NCBI RefSeq assembly: GCF_048457195.1
Contig: NZ_CP172336.1
DNA length: 32,000 nt
Strand: one strand, 5' to 3'
Origin: Escherichia coli
GTDB lineage: Bacteria > Pseudomonadota > Gammaproteobacteria > Enterobacterales > Enterobacteriaceae
Shown here: piece after piece, positions 31,053-32,000 of the stretch
How the letters are laid out: each line of letters begins with the position of its first letter
Numbering within the stretch: the first letter of the stretch is position 1
Translations under genes and position numbers: made by a program
The notes under the pieces: generated by a model
Database searches by the model: none
The model's input: only the letters and a program-made list of their open reading frames with translations
Told to the model about the DNA's origin: nothing

Positions 31053-31763
31053 CTACAGATTAATGATGAGGTCTACGGCCTCAAATCGCCAATATTCAAT
31101 ATCTATCTGGACAATATTGCCCTGCTGGTCGGCGCGATGCTTTTCAATTAAGATCGCTGGCATACCCGCAGAACCGCCAAGATACTTGCTGATATCGCCC
31201 GGCATTCTGACGGGTTTGAAAATCAATTTTTTTACTACCGTCTCTTTTTGGTAGCACTTTTCCCAGACTGCAGAAAATGAGTGGTTTTCAAGTTGTTCAA
31301 TAAAACCCGGGGCAACTTCAGGATTAATATATGTTTCGTGATAGAAAACTTTATGTCCTTCCAGCGCCCCCCAGCCGGTGATGCGATAGAGTTCAGTTGA
31401 TGGTGTCACTGCAATCAGTGGCGCGAGCGTCTCGGGAATATCGCTGGTACGGTTTTTCTCGGTAAACCCCCAGGAAGGCTCTCGTCCTTGCTCAATTGCG
31501 GCCCGCTGAAAGCTCGCTGACAGCTCCGGACTGTAATTAAATCGCGGCTGGGTCACGAACCACCCCTTACGATCCTTACGGAAGATTTTGGATTCTGCCT
31601 CGAGGTTCAACAACGCCTGGCGCAGCGTCATACGTTTAATGCCCAGCAGTTCTCCCAGCTCTCTTTCTGAAGGGAGTTTTCCACCCGGCGTGGTGATGCC
31701 ATCTTTCAACCACCGATCCAGTTTCTCTTTTGCATTTTCTACGGTGGATTGATTCTCCGCCAT
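31053..31763 (-). CDS. yihL: GntR-family (HutC-like) transcriptional regulator YihL
   Basis: WLKDGITTPGGKLPSERELGELLGIKRMTLRQALLNLEAESKIFRKDRKGWFV wHTH, plus a UTRA-like C-terminus. Confidence 0.94.
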   Translation of the reverse strand: MAENQSTVENAKEKLDRWLKDGITTPGGKLPSERELGELLGIKRMTLRQALLNLEAESKIFRKDRKGWFVTQPRFNYSPELSASFQRAAIEQGREPSWGFTEKNRTSDIPETLAPLIAVTPSTELYRITGWGALEGHKVFYHETYINPEVAPGFIEQLENHSFSAVWEKCYQKETVVKKLIFKPVRMPGDISKYLGGSAGMPAILIEKHRADQQGNIVQIDIEYWRFEAVDLIINL

Positions 31764-31930
31764 TGTTTAATCCTTTTGGTTTAAACCAGATGAAGCATCT
31801 TACGCTTACGCCAAAAAAGAAAGCAATTAACGGTGTATGACTTTGCAGATAATTGTGACAAAGCTCTCTATTGACGTAATCACAGACTTATAAGGGAGAT
31901 ACTCGCATTGGTGTGCGCTCACGACAGGTA

Positions 31931-31962
31931 AAAAAAAACCTGCCAGCGATGGCAGGTTTTTT
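31931..31962. terminator. Bidirectional rho-independent terminator between typA and yihL
   Basis: AAAAAAAACCTGCCA-GCGA-TGGCAGGTTTTTT. Confidence 0.9.
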
Positions 31963-31979
31963 ATAACTAAAAAACGAAA

Positions 31980-32000
31980 TTAATCGTCTTTCGGTGCGCG
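31980..32000 (-). CDS. typA: C-terminal seven codons (including stop) of typA/bipA, truncated by window edge
   Basis: Reverse complement CGC GCA CCG AAA GAC GAT TAA = RAPKDD*, and typA is the expected neighbour of yihL. Confidence 0.8.
   Translation of the reverse strand, partial: RAPKDD

Noticed and set aside
1-32000. CRISPR arrays, tRNA/rRNA genes, IS elements or transposase genes
   Set aside because: No regularly spaced repeats, tRNA cloverleaf signatures or transposase-like proteins were seen on reading the window.

Overview
This window matches an Escherichia-type chromosomal segment spanning fdhD-fdoGHI-fdhE, yiiF/yiiE, fabY(yiiD)-dtd-yihY-yihX, the complete sulfoquinovose (sulfo-EMP) cluster yihW-V-U-T-S-R-Q-P-O-ompL, then yihN-M-L and the 3' end of typA/bipA. 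Most of it is well-known core genome. Three accessory-looking parts stand out. (1) At the left edge there is a tightly coupled minus-strand operon: a divergent full-length HSP90/HtpG-like GHKL protein, followed one nucleotide later by a long alpha-helical, TPR-like ORF. That second ORF runs off the window and is absent from the supplied ORF track. (2) An AT-rich island between yiiE and fabY carries an isolated ~603-aa protein with a CKSAKDR (C-X5-R) phosphatase signature. The sequence after the motif resembles SopB/IpgD-type inositol-phosphate phosphatase effectors. (3) A PIN-domain (VapC-like) toxin is coupled to the RHH protein YiiF, next to a second RHH gene (yiiE) with a duplicated upstream segment. 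Also visible are the in-frame UGA (Sec196) of fdoG, a repeated AAAAAGTGAC motif near yihW and in the yihV/yihU gap, and a GC-rich patch with a hairpin flanked by divergent SD-ATG micro-ORFs. No database search was possible. Gene names come from recalled family and synteny knowledge.
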